Source: an uncultured Sphaerochaeta sp.
Lineage (GTDB): Bacteria > Spirochaetota > Spirochaetia > Sphaerochaetales > Sphaerochaetaceae
Direction of reading: 5' to 3'
Assembly: GCA_964465155.1 (NCBI GenBank)
Contig: CAYXIH010000001.1
Coordinates: forward strand, 82,609-146,608
DNA: 64,000 nt
Of this stretch, positions 55,580 to 64,000 are shown in pieces (the stretch's first letter is position 1; the number at the start of each line of letters is the position of its first letter). The position numbers were made by a program, and so were the translations under genes. The notes beneath the pieces are model-generated. The model made no database searches, was not told where the DNA came from, and saw only the letters and a list, made by a program, of their open reading frames with translations.

Positions 55580-56860
55580 ATGAAGGACCGATCTTCATAT
55601 GCATCTCTCATACGGTATGTGGGGCGTGAGTACCTACAGTCATTCTGTGTAGCATTCCTTTTTTTCTTCTTCATATTCTTCATCAACCAGATTCTCCTCT
55701 TGGTTCAGAAAATTCTCATGAAGAATGTAGACCTGTTGTCGGTACTCCAACTTGTCATCCTTGCAATCCCACAGTTCTTGCTCTACACGATGCCGTTCAG
55801 TTCCCTGACAGCAGCATCCATGGTTATTGGTGACCTCTCCTCGAGCAATGAGATGCTTGCCCTACGTTCCGTAGGAATCTCAATTTCCCATGTATTCCTG
55901 CCAATAATCATCTTGTCCGTATGTTTGTCCGGTGTCACGTTTGTCATTGCGGATGTCCTGCTGCCATGGTCGGCGGTACAATACAAGACAATGTACAGTT
56001 CCATGATGCGTGAATTGCCCACGATTGAACTCAAGAGCTACGCCGTGAATTCTGTCGGTGGAAAAGTCATTGCAAATGGTATGGTGGAAGGGTCCACGGT
56101 TCATGACATTGTACTGTTCGATACTGCGTCTGCAGGGTCATCACAGGTGGTGAGTGCCCCCATTGGGATTGTGGAACTGGCTGATGTGGACAACTTCATC
56201 TACAAGCTGACGTTGACCGATCCCCTCATCCTTTCTACCGATCGGAATGACATCAATGGATGGGCAGCTTCAGATGCAACCGAAGCAACTTTCTATCTCG
56301 ATTTTTCCCAGCAAGTCCCTGCTATTTCAGACGTAAGTCCATCCAAGCTATCAGTACGGGACCTCAGTGAAGCGATCAAGCTGAGGAAAGCCGATTTGGA
56401 TGCTGAGAAGCAGATGATCAGCAACAATATAGCTTTCGCCAAGGCAGACCGTTCGTCACTGCTGCGCCGCATCACCAATGGATCTGAGCAGGACATGGTG
56501 GCTTCTGCAAGGAGGCTGTCAGCCTTGGACCAGGAAATCAAGACGCTTGGGGAACGACAGCCGATCAACTTCTACTACCAATACTATCGGGCAGAGTTGA
56601 ACAAGAAGTTTGCATTGTCCGCAGGGTGTTTCTTCCTGGTGTTCATAGCCTTTCCCATATCGTTCTTCAAGGTAAAGCATGGCCGTTTGATAGGCTTTGG
56701 AATCGCCATGCTCGTGGCTGTCGCCTATTGGTTCATGCTCTTCTTTGCCCAGATGCAAATCTTCAATTTCTCCTTCTCCCCAGCATACCTGATGTGGGCT
56801 CCGGATGTGATCATGTTCATTATCGGGTGCCTGTTGTTGATGAGGCTGAGAAAGCTATGA
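55580..56860 (+). CDS. lptF: LptF/LptG family (YjgP/YjgQ) permease
   Basis: N-terminal RYVGREYLQSFCVAFLFFFFIFFINQ, a large periplasmic loop and C-terminal TM bundle. Paired with a second family member. Confidence 0.75.
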   Translation: MKDRSSYASLIRYVGREYLQSFCVAFLFFFFIFFINQILLLVQKILMKNVDLLSVLQLVILAIPQFLLYTMPFSSLTAASMVIGDLSSSNEMLALRSVGISISHVFLPIIILSVCLSGVTFVIADVLLPWSAVQYKTMYSSMMRELPTIELKSYAVNSVGGKVIANGMVEGSTVHDIVLFDTASAGSSQVVSAPIGIVELADVDNFIYKLTLTDPLILSTDRNDINGWAASDATEATFYLDFSQQVPAISDVSPSKLSVRDLSEAIKLRKADLDAEKQMISNNIAFAKADRSSLLRRITNGSEQDMVASARRLSALDQEIKTLGERQPINFYYQYYRAELNKKFALSAGCFFLVFIAFPISFFKVKHGRLIGFGIAMLVAVAYWFMLFFAQMQIFNFSFSPAYLMWAPDVIMFIIGCLLLMRLRKL

Positions 56861-57942
56861 AGATACTTGACCGGTATATTGGCTGGAGCATCATCAAAGT
56901 TGCCCTGATGACCATGGCGTTGTGTACCCTGATGCTCGTTGGCGTCGATTTGTTTGCCAACCTGGACAAATACCTCAATGCTGAAGTGGGTGGGGGAGCC
57001 ATTGCATTGATGTGCCTCTATCAGGTTCCCCAAGCAATCATATTGGCGTTGGGGCCATCCTTGCTGTTTGCGACAACCTATTTTCTCTCGATGCTGCAGG
57101 CAAACAACGAGATGATCGCATTGCTCAATAGCGGTATCCCCCAGCGAAGGATCATACTGCCCTGCATTGTCATTGCAATCTTGATGTCGTTGGTCCAGTT
57201 TGCGTTCAATGAATATGTAGGGATCCCCGCCAGCCTGAAACGTGAGGCGATGGAGAACGATCTGTTCGGTCAGTCGTCTACCTATGACAACCGGAATGTA
57301 ACCTTGTCTGATCTGGAGGGAGGATTTGTCATCCATACCTCACGGTTCATCTCCAACGAGCAGCGGATCCTCAATGTCACGATAGTCATGAGGAATGAAG
57401 ACGGATCCATCCGCAGCAGGGTAGATGCCGCAAGGGGCCAATGGTCTGAGGAGACTGGAACCTGGTCGTTCTCCGATGCCTATGTATACACCCTTGACAA
57501 TGAGGAACTCACCGTTGTTCCCGTGTACTATGCGCAATATGATGACCCGCTCATCAACTTGGAACCGGAGTTGTTTCGGAACATGAGTGCAGACATCAAG
57601 ACCATGGACTTGGGTACGGCAGTCCAATACCTGAGGAGGATGCGCTACCTTGAGCCCTCGCAGTGGTCGCTCTATGCGACTGAGTTCTGGGAACGGGTGC
57701 TCAACTGTCTCACGCCGCTGGTACTGATGCTCATTGCATGTTCCATCAACTACAAGTTCAAGAAGAATATCCTGTTGTTCGCCATAATCTCCTCCCTGTG
57801 CGTGGCGGTAGTCTATTATGTCTTGCAGATGGTGACGCTGCTGATGGCAAAACAAGGTGTGATCGGACCAGTGTGGGGAATGCTTGTCCCGATCATCGGA
57901 GTGTTCCTGCTCCCGTTGGTTACTTGGAAGATGATCCGTTGA
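56857..57942 (+). CDS. lptG: LptF/LptG family (YjgP/YjgQ) permease
   Basis: MKILDRYIGWSIIKVALMTMALCTLMLVGVDLF. The ATG at 56857 overlaps the upstream TGA (ATGA). Confidence 0.75.
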   Translation: MKILDRYIGWSIIKVALMTMALCTLMLVGVDLFANLDKYLNAEVGGGAIALMCLYQVPQAIILALGPSLLFATTYFLSMLQANNEMIALLNSGIPQRRIILPCIVIAILMSLVQFAFNEYVGIPASLKREAMENDLFGQSSTYDNRNVTLSDLEGGFVIHTSRFISNEQRILNVTIVMRNEDGSIRSRVDAARGQWSEETGTWSFSDAYVYTLDNEELTVVPVYYAQYDDPLINLEPELFRNMSADIKTMDLGTAVQYLRRMRYLEPSQWSLYATEFWERVLNCLTPLVLMLIACSINYKFKKNILLFAIISSLCVAVVYYVLQMVTLLMAKQGVIGPVWGMLVPIIGVFLLPLVTWKMIR

Positions 57943-57993
57943 GCACCTAGGAAAAAAGGGAGAAGTGGGGTATAACACAAGCAAGAGGTACCC

Positions 57994-59118
57994 ATGTCTT
58001 CCATTTATACACTTACTCATCAAGATACCAATTCTCCAGCACGCTGTGGCATTGTGACGCTCCCCCATGGACCGGTTGAGACACCTGCGTTCATGCCCGT
58101 AGGAACCAACGGGACAGTCAAGGGGATCCACCATGATACGGTTGAGCAGATTGGATATCGCCTGATATTGGGAAATACCTACCATCTCTATCTCCGCCCG
58201 GGCATGGATGTACTCAAGCAGTTTGGTGGATTGCACAACTTCTCCAACTGGAACCACAATATTCTCACCGACAGTGGTGGGTTCCAAGTTTTCTCTTTGT
58301 CAGGCTTGCGGAAGATCAAGGACGAGGGTGTCCACTTCCAAAGCCATATCGATGGGAGCCGCCATACGTTCACCCCGGAAAAGGTAGTAGATATCCAACA
58401 GGTAATCGGTAGTGATATCGCCATGTGCCTGGATGTCTGCACCCCACCCGACATTGACTACCGTGCCGCCAAGGAGGCTTGGAGGATCACCAAACTGTGG
58501 GCAGAGCGTTCCCTCAACCACCGCAAGGAGTTGGGTGACACATTCGCCGGCAACCTCTTTGGCATTGTCCAGGGAAACTTCTACAAGGACCTGCGAAAGG
58601 AGAGTGCCCAAGTACTTTCCGAGATGGACTTTCCCGGGATTGCAATCGGTGGCTTGTCAGTAGGAGAAGAGCCGGCTGTCTACAATGAGTTCCTTGCCTA
58701 TACGGCCGAGATAGTCACCCATGACAAGCCACGATATGTGATGGGCATTGGTTCGCCCGACTATATCCTGGAAGCCGTGGAGAACGGTATTGATCTGTTC
58801 GATTGCGTGCTTGCAACCCGCATGGCAAGAAATGGTGCTGTGTTTACTGACGACGGGATCCTCACCCTGAAGAAGGCCCAGAACAAGTTCAGCGAGGAGC
58901 CCTTGGATAGTGGCTGTACCTGTACGGCATGCACCAAGTATTCCCGTGCATACTTGCACCACATGGTCAAATGCAACGAGATGTTGGGAGGGATGCTGGC
59001 AACAGAGCACAACCTGACCTATCTGTATCACTTCATGGAGCGCATCAAGGCAGCTATCCGTGAGAACCGTTTCCGCGAGTTCAAGAAAGAGTACCTTGCA
59101 AGGTTCTATGGACGTTGA
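57994..59118 (+). CDS. tgt: tRNA-guanosine(34) transglycosylase
   Basis: TPAFMPVGTNGTVKG, LTDSGGFQVFSL and zinc site CTCTACTKYSRAYLHH. Confidence 0.95.
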   Translation: MSSIYTLTHQDTNSPARCGIVTLPHGPVETPAFMPVGTNGTVKGIHHDTVEQIGYRLILGNTYHLYLRPGMDVLKQFGGLHNFSNWNHNILTDSGGFQVFSLSGLRKIKDEGVHFQSHIDGSRHTFTPEKVVDIQQVIGSDIAMCLDVCTPPDIDYRAAKEAWRITKLWAERSLNHRKELGDTFAGNLFGIVQGNFYKDLRKESAQVLSEMDFPGIAIGGLSVGEEPAVYNEFLAYTAEIVTHDKPRYVMGIGSPDYILEAVENGIDLFDCVLATRMARNGAVFTDDGILTLKKAQNKFSEEPLDSGCTCTACTKYSRAYLHHMVKCNEMLGGMLATEHNLTYLYHFMERIKAAIRENRFREFKKEYLARFYGR

Positions 59119-60721
59119 ACAACCGTTTGTAGGACTGGATGGTGAGGAACGTCCGGACGAGGTACCTCAGCAGGAGAGCCAGAGGAGGGGAGCGCGCAGT
59201 TCGGTGATCGTCATGGCGTGCACATTGCTGTCACGTCTGCTTGGGATCGTAAAGACACGTGCAATTTCCTCTGTGTTTGGTGCTACGGGAACAGCGGACG
59301 TGATCAACTTCACGTTCAACATCCCAAACAACTTCCGCAAGCTCTTCGCCGAAGGAGCCATGAACAGCGCGTACATCCCAGTCTTTGCATCCTTGGAAGG
59401 TGCGGATGTGCAAGATACTTCGGGTGCCCAACGCTTGATGGCTGTCCTCAACGGATTCCAATTGCTGATGTTCCTGCCCTTGACCATAGCAACGTGGATA
59501 TTCGCTCCCCAGATCGTATCATTCCTTTCCGATTTCCGCGACCCGACCCAGTTGCGCCTCTCAGCGGGGCTCCTGGGTTGGTTCATGCTGTTCCTTGCAA
59601 CGATCAGCATCGGCAGCGTGTTCAATGGAATGCTCCAATGCCGGGGATCGTTCTTCGCAGCAGCTGCTGCTCCCTTGCTGTTCAGCGTGAGCGTGATCTG
59701 CTCGGTGCTGTTTGCATCCCAATATATCGGGGCGTACTCCATGGCATTGGGTACCGTGGTGGGAGGCGTGCTGCAGACGCTGTGCTCGTATCTTCGGTTG
59801 CGGCAATTTGGGTATCGGCTGCGCTTTAGCTTTGATTTCAGGCTTCCAGCGTTCAGGCAGGTGATGCAGGGCTGGTGGCCAGTCACACTCTCTTCCCTTG
59901 TGGCGGTGGTGAGCCAACAGGTAGCCTTCACGTTTGCATCAAGCTTGAGTACGGGAAGTGTTACAGCTTTCAACAACGCCATCATTTTTTGGCAGACTCC
60001 ATATGGCATTTTCTTTACTGCGATCAGCACGGTCCTGTTTCCCCAGATGAGCAGGGCGTTCAGCAGGGGAGACCGCAAGGCACTTGCAGACACGATCGTC
60101 CGGGGTCTCCAATACCTTGCGACGTTCTTGGTGCCAGCTGCGATTGCCTTGCTTGCCATCCGCAAGGAGGCGGTAGGTGCCGTGCTCCAGACGGGCAAGT
60201 ATACCCAGGCAGATACATTGCTCACCGCACAAGTGCTTACGTGGTATCTGATCGGAATGCTTCCTGTGGCGTGGTATGGATTCATCCAAAGGTATTGCTA
60301 TTCCGTTGGGAAATTCAAATCGACCCTGACGGTCAGCGTGATCGTCACAGCCATCGACATAGCCCTTACTTGGACCTTCATCACCTGTGGATGGCAGATC
60401 ATATCGCTGCCCATTGCCAACAGCATCTCGTTCGTCGTCGGATGCATCATCCTCTACTTTGTAGCCGTCCGTCCCTTGCAGGAGTTCAGCCCCCGTATGC
60501 TCGCAATTTCAGTTGGGAAGGTATTGCTGGCCAATATCCCCCTTGCCATTGCATCGGTGGCGTATTCCCTGTGGAGCCCTTCATGGTGGCAAGCTGGTTC
60601 CACCTTGGGAAACCTGGCAATCCTCATGGGACTCCTGCTTGCAGCAGGTGCCATTACCTTTGCCTCCTATTTCGTAGCCCATGTCGATTTCTTGTCGGTC
60701 CTCACAAGCCGGAAGCGTTAA
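59108..60721 (+). CDS. murJ: lipid II flippase MurJ
   Basis: LSRLLGIVKTRAISSVFGATGTADVINFTFNIPNNFRKLFAEGAMNSAYIPVF and about 14 TM segments. The start at 59108 overlaps the tgt 3' end. Confidence 0.9.
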   Translation: MDVEQPFVGLDGEERPDEVPQQESQRRGARSSVIVMACTLLSRLLGIVKTRAISSVFGATGTADVINFTFNIPNNFRKLFAEGAMNSAYIPVFASLEGADVQDTSGAQRLMAVLNGFQLLMFLPLTIATWIFAPQIVSFLSDFRDPTQLRLSAGLLGWFMLFLATISIGSVFNGMLQCRGSFFAAAAAPLLFSVSVICSVLFASQYIGAYSMALGTVVGGVLQTLCSYLRLRQFGYRLRFSFDFRLPAFRQVMQGWWPVTLSSLVAVVSQQVAFTFASSLSTGSVTAFNNAIIFWQTPYGIFFTAISTVLFPQMSRAFSRGDRKALADTIVRGLQYLATFLVPAAIALLAIRKEAVGAVLQTGKYTQADTLLTAQVLTWYLIGMLPVAWYGFIQRYCYSVGKFKSTLTVSVIVTAIDIALTWTFITCGWQIISLPIANSISFVVGCIILYFVAVRPLQEFSPRMLAISVGKVLLANIPLAIASVAYSLWSPSWWQAGSTLGNLAILMGLLLAAGAITFASYFVAHVDFLSVLTSRKR

Positions 60722-62439
60722 TAGCCCAGCTGCCTTGATATATCGAGCATGACCTGCCTTGGTACTTTCACCACCGCACGATCATATGTGACCAAGCCGT
60801 TGATCTCCTCCTCGACATCTGACAATTGGGTATAGACATCGGCTGAGAGCCCTTTGGCAACGGCAGGAACAATCTGTTGCTCATATAGCCGTCTGATCGC
60901 CTCTGTGAGTGCCTCGGCACTCTTGAGCTTCTTGTAGCCGAACGTCTTGTCCTGGGCCACATGGCCTGGCACGGCGTATGAGTACCCTCCGAACTCAGTG
61001 AGGATGACACAACGCCCCTTTGCATCCTGCTTGAACGAATAGGGACGGAAATAGACATGGAGGCTCTTGAAGTCCCCAATCCCTTGGTCATGCCATCCGC
61101 TTGCATGGTCGATGGTGCGGGTCTTGTCGATGTTCCTGATCAACTGAACAGCCTGATTTGCATCAAACTGTCCCCAGCCCTCATTGAAGGGAACCCACAT
61201 GACGATGCACGGACAGTTGTACAGATGACGGACCATCTGCTGTAGTTCATCAAGGAATATCCTTCTGCCCACTTCATCAGTCCGTGCAAACTTGCGGTAT
61301 GAATGATCGTCAAAATGCCAACCCGTTATAAGTGGTGTCGATATTGTGCTCAGCTTGTAGGAGCCACCGCCGTTGACCATGTCTTGCCATACCAGCATCC
61401 CTAGGACATCACAATGGTGGTACCACCTCAATGGTTCCACCTTGATGTGCTTGCGCAGCATGTTGAACCCCAGGTCCTTCATAGTTTGTATATCCCAGAT
61501 CATCGCTTCATCCGATGGGGGAGTGTACAGGCCATCTGACCAATATCCCTGGTCCAGTACCCCATGGTGGAAATAGGGTTTCCCGTTGAGCATCAAGCGT
61601 GGAGTATCATGCTCATCTTTGGAAACGCACACGCTTCGCATGGCAATGTAGCTTGTGACAGTGTCGTTTGGAGTGGATAGCACTATCTGATAGAGATGCG
61701 GATCCTCAGGTGACCACAGATGGGCATTGGGAACTTGCACGACCACGGTGGTGTTGGTCATTGCCATGATGGTGGAGCCTTCAAAGTTGATGGTCAGTGG
61801 TACATCCTCGTCACTGAAGACTTTGACGGAGAAGGATGAATTTTCTACATCCGGGGTCAAATCTGCTGCGATGATCCAGTGCTCGGGGACACTCTCCATC
61901 CATACTGTCTGCCAGATCCCGCTTTGGGGGGTATACCAAATGCCCCCATGGGACAGCTTCTGCTTGCCACGGCATTGTGGTGCAGTATCTGTTGGATCCT
62001 GGACTTTGACAGTAAGGACATGGGGTTGCCGGATATCAGAGAAAGAGTCTGTGACATCCACAGTAAAGGGAAGATAGCCCCCTTCATGATGCATGAGCAA
62101 CTGCCCGTCAACATAGACCCAACAAGCATGGTCTACTGCACCGAAATGGAGCAACAGGCGGTTGCCCAGAGGATGGAAGCCATTTTCAAGGGATACACTC
62201 CTGCGATACCACAACGTCTGTGAGGGGGACAACGGAGCATGAGATCCTCCAAGCTCACTCTCTGGTGAGAATGGGACAAGGATCTGCTGGGAAAACAGTA
62301 CAGGCTCATCCTGCTCGATGCCAATGTGCATGTCCCAGATGCCATTGAGGTTGAGGTAACTGTCCCGTACGAGTTGAGGCCTGGGATATTCACAGAGAAC
62401 ATGTTTTGGATCGAGATGTTCGGACCAACGGGTCAACAT
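60718..62439 (-). CDS. glycoside hydrolase family 2 protein (beta-galactosidase/beta-glucuronidase-like)
   Basis: N-terminal YPRPQLVRDSYLNLNGIWD, and a TIM-barrel acid/base region WVPFNEGWGQFD. AGGAGGA lies 6 nt upstream of the ATG at 62439. No signal peptide. Confidence 0.8.
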   Translation of the reverse strand: MLTRWSEHLDPKHVLCEYPRPQLVRDSYLNLNGIWDMHIGIEQDEPVLFSQQILVPFSPESELGGSHAPLSPSQTLWYRRSVSLENGFHPLGNRLLLHFGAVDHACWVYVDGQLLMHHEGGYLPFTVDVTDSFSDIRQPHVLTVKVQDPTDTAPQCRGKQKLSHGGIWYTPQSGIWQTVWMESVPEHWIIAADLTPDVENSSFSVKVFSDEDVPLTINFEGSTIMAMTNTTVVVQVPNAHLWSPEDPHLYQIVLSTPNDTVTSYIAMRSVCVSKDEHDTPRLMLNGKPYFHHGVLDQGYWSDGLYTPPSDEAMIWDIQTMKDLGFNMLRKHIKVEPLRWYHHCDVLGMLVWQDMVNGGGSYKLSTISTPLITGWHFDDHSYRKFARTDEVGRRIFLDELQQMVRHLYNCPCIVMWVPFNEGWGQFDANQAVQLIRNIDKTRTIDHASGWHDQGIGDFKSLHVYFRPYSFKQDAKGRCVILTEFGGYSYAVPGHVAQDKTFGYKKLKSAEALTEAIRRLYEQQIVPAVAKGLSADVYTQLSDVEEEINGLVTYDRAVVKVPRQVMLDISRQLGY

Positions 62440-63710
62440 GATGGTTCCTCCTGTTTCTTGAGCAAGAGCAACGGGATATAGGTGCACAACAGGATTGCGC
62501 ATGCAGCGAGGAAGATTGCTGGTGTTGGGACAGACTTGACCGTTCCCAATTCGACATATGTTGCACTTGAACGTGATATGACTGCAGATCCAATGAACGG
62601 ACCTGTGACCATGGGGAGCAATACGAAGAACACCATGCGGATCCCCTGGAAGTGACCTACCTTGTCAGGTGGCGTAAGGTCTCGCACGGTGGCGGAGATT
62701 GCCGATAGGACCAGCATGTAGCCACCCATCATGACGATGCCGCTGATGATGACCATCACCTGAGACCGGGCAAAATACATCATCAGCAAGCCTATGCCCA
62801 TTGCCGCAACCGCAGGGATGGTGAACTTGAGTTTGCCCAGCCGGTCTATGAACCTACCTCCAATGACACTGATGATGGATGCTGCGAGCAGCACGATGCC
62901 CAGGACTATTGCATAGGCGTCGATCTGGAGGTAATTCTGCATATAGATGATGAGGTATGGGAGAAATACCTGTACGGATATGGAAAAGACACAGAGTGAA
63001 CAGAGAGCCAGGTACAGGCTCTTGTTCTCACGGATGACCGATGGCTTCATGCCATGGATGATGTTGGCGAAATAGGATTCCCCGCTGGGAGTCAGGGGCT
63101 GTTCCTTGACGAGGAACAAGGAGACCAATCCAACGACCATCACGGAGACTCCGAAGATGGTGAAGAAATCTGACCATTTGCCTGCCTGCGTCATCGGGTC
63201 GAAGATTCCAAAGATGATCAGCATGGAGATGAGGGGGAGGGTACTGAGTACTGCTTCCACCTTGCCACGGTTGGAGGAATCTGTTGTATCTGTCACATAG
63301 GCATTGAAGGCTGCATCGTTTGCAGTGGAGCCGAAGAACGTCATCAGGCAGTCCATGAGTATCACGGCAATGGCTGAGAGGCGTACGGCATCAGCCATGG
63401 GAAACCAGGCATGGAACTGTTGGACATCGATGAACCGGAAGGCGAGGGTGGTCAGTCCCCACAACAGGTATCCGGCCACGATGAATACCTTTCGCTTGCC
63501 AAGCTTGTCCGATAGGGCACCGGCGAGGAGTGTGGTCAGGGTGGCAACAATTGCACTGGCGGCAACCATGATTGCGATATAGGAAGTGTTGGTGCTGATC
63601 GTGTTGTAGAGGAACACATTGAAATACATGTTCTCGATAGTCCATGCAAACTGGCCGAACAGTCCAATTATAATGAATGAGCTCCAGGCCCTGGGAGTAA
63701 GTTTGGTCAT
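62433..63710 (-). CDS. MFS transporter, glycoside-pentoside-hexuronide (GPH):cation symporter-like
   Basis: 425 aa with 12 TM segments. N-terminal FGQFAWTIENMYFNVFLYN and GALSDKLGKRK are GPH-like. GAGGAGG lies 5 nt upstream of the ATG. Confidence 0.75.
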   Translation of the reverse strand: MTKLTPRAWSSFIIIGLFGQFAWTIENMYFNVFLYNTISTNTSYIAIMVAASAIVATLTTLLAGALSDKLGKRKVFIVAGYLLWGLTTLAFRFIDVQQFHAWFPMADAVRLSAIAVILMDCLMTFFGSTANDAAFNAYVTDTTDSSNRGKVEAVLSTLPLISMLIIFGIFDPMTQAGKWSDFFTIFGVSVMVVGLVSLFLVKEQPLTPSGESYFANIIHGMKPSVIRENKSLYLALCSLCVFSISVQVFLPYLIIYMQNYLQIDAYAIVLGIVLLAASIISVIGGRFIDRLGKLKFTIPAVAAMGIGLLMMYFARSQVMVIISGIVMMGGYMLVLSAISATVRDLTPPDKVGHFQGIRMVFFVLLPMVTGPFIGSAVISRSSATYVELGTVKSVPTPAIFLAACAILLCTYIPLLLLKKQEEPSC

Positions 63711-63759
63711 GATGCCTCCTCTGTCAGCGTACCCTCATGCAGAAATGCTGTAAATAAAG

Positions 63760-63798
63760 AAAAACAGGGAATATCTGCTTTTCTGCTGATATTCCCTG
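63760..63798 (-). terminator. rho-independent terminator of greA
   Basis: Perfect 10-bp stem CAGGGAATAT/ATATTCCCTG (63765-63774 / 63789-63798) with a 14-nt loop. On the - strand it is followed by TTTTT (63760-63764), 24 nt after the greA stop. Confidence 0.75.
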
Positions 63799-63822
63799 CC
63801 TGTAGGTTGTTGCTTGGGCTCG

Positions 63823-64000
63823 TTACCAAGCCAAGGGGCTGATATCACGTACCACGAAGTCATACTCCTGGTCGTTGATGTTGAACTTGATTGCATCACC
63901 TACGACATGGTTGAGCATGTTCCTTCCCAAAGGAGCTTGGAAGCTGATGATGTTGTTGTTCGGATCCGATTCCCATGGACCCATGATCGAATAGACGATT
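63823..64000 (-). CDS. greA: transcription elongation factor GreA, C-terminal fragment (gene starts beyond window end)
   Basis: The manual - strand translation gives ...IVYSIMGPWESDPNNNIISFQAPLGRNMLNHVVGDAIKFNINDQEYDFVVRDISPLAW*. ISxxAPLGxxMLxxxxGD is the GreA/GreB C-terminal domain motif. Confidence 0.75.
   Translation of the reverse strand, partial: IVYSIMGPWESDPNNNIISFQAPLGRNMLNHVVGDAIKFNINDQEYDFVVRDISPLAW

Noticed and set aside
57340-58287. 315-aa - strand ORF spanning the lptG 3' end and tgt 5' end
   Set aside because: It crosses an intergenic region antisense to two well-supported genes and has no recognisable motif.
59167-60285. 372-aa - strand ORF and 203/287-aa alternative + frame ORFs inside murJ
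   Set aside because: The + frame starting at 59108 gives a canonical MurJ with about 14 TM helices. The others are frame-shadow ORFs with Arg/Pro/Cys-rich nonsense composition.

Overview
64-kb chromosomal window with about 50 protein genes. By eye I found no rRNA, tRNA or CRISPR array. The host looks like a diderm, probably anaerobic, sugar-fermenting bacterium. The gene order (tamB directly upstream of bamA, lptFG, relaxed lipoboxes, CUT1-type ABC sugar genes) fits Spirochaetota (Sphaerochaeta/Treponema-like) best, but that is inference only. There are four blocks. (1) 1-16.2 kb is an accessory locus that looks dedicated to sulfated, fucosylated glycans. It holds two Cys-type sulfatases, a GH29 alpha-L-fucosidase, an anaerobic sulfatase-maturating radical-SAM enzyme, an ABC importer (SBP plus 2 permeases, no ATPase gene), an FHS-like MFS transporter, a ROK-like regulator, a membrane-anchored AraC-type sensor-regulator and a thioredoxin-fold lipoprotein. 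All three catabolic enzymes lack signal peptides. (2) 16.2-20.5 kb holds a tyrosine integrase, a striking ~540-nt non-coding stretch of roughly 20-25% G+C with repeated TATGCA motifs, and a translationally coupled S41-peptidase-like lipoprotein / beta-barrel OMP pair. This may be a small integrated islet. (3) 20.5-60.7 kb is core housekeeping: sbcCD, smpB, a PEGA+FGE-fold membrane protein, lepB, hemW, yebC-ruvCAB-queA, tmk, tamB-bamA, mutS, comF, rimP-nusA-infB-rbfA-truB-ribF-rpsO-pnp-dut, lptFG, tgt and murJ. (4) 60.7-63.7 kb is a GH2 glycosidase plus GPH-type symporter operon, followed by the 3' end of greA. The most noteworthy items are the apparently cytoplasmic sulfatase/fucosidase pathway, the AT-rich motif-bearing spacer next to the integrase, the S41-like protein that lacks an obvious catalytic Lys motif, the FGE-fold protein that lacks the catalytic Cys pair, and a selected 57-bp tandem repeat encoding a Gly/Tyr/Arg-rich disordered tract in IF-2. 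I saw no clear-cut novel defence or mobile system. All functional calls rest on motif recognition and need database confirmation.
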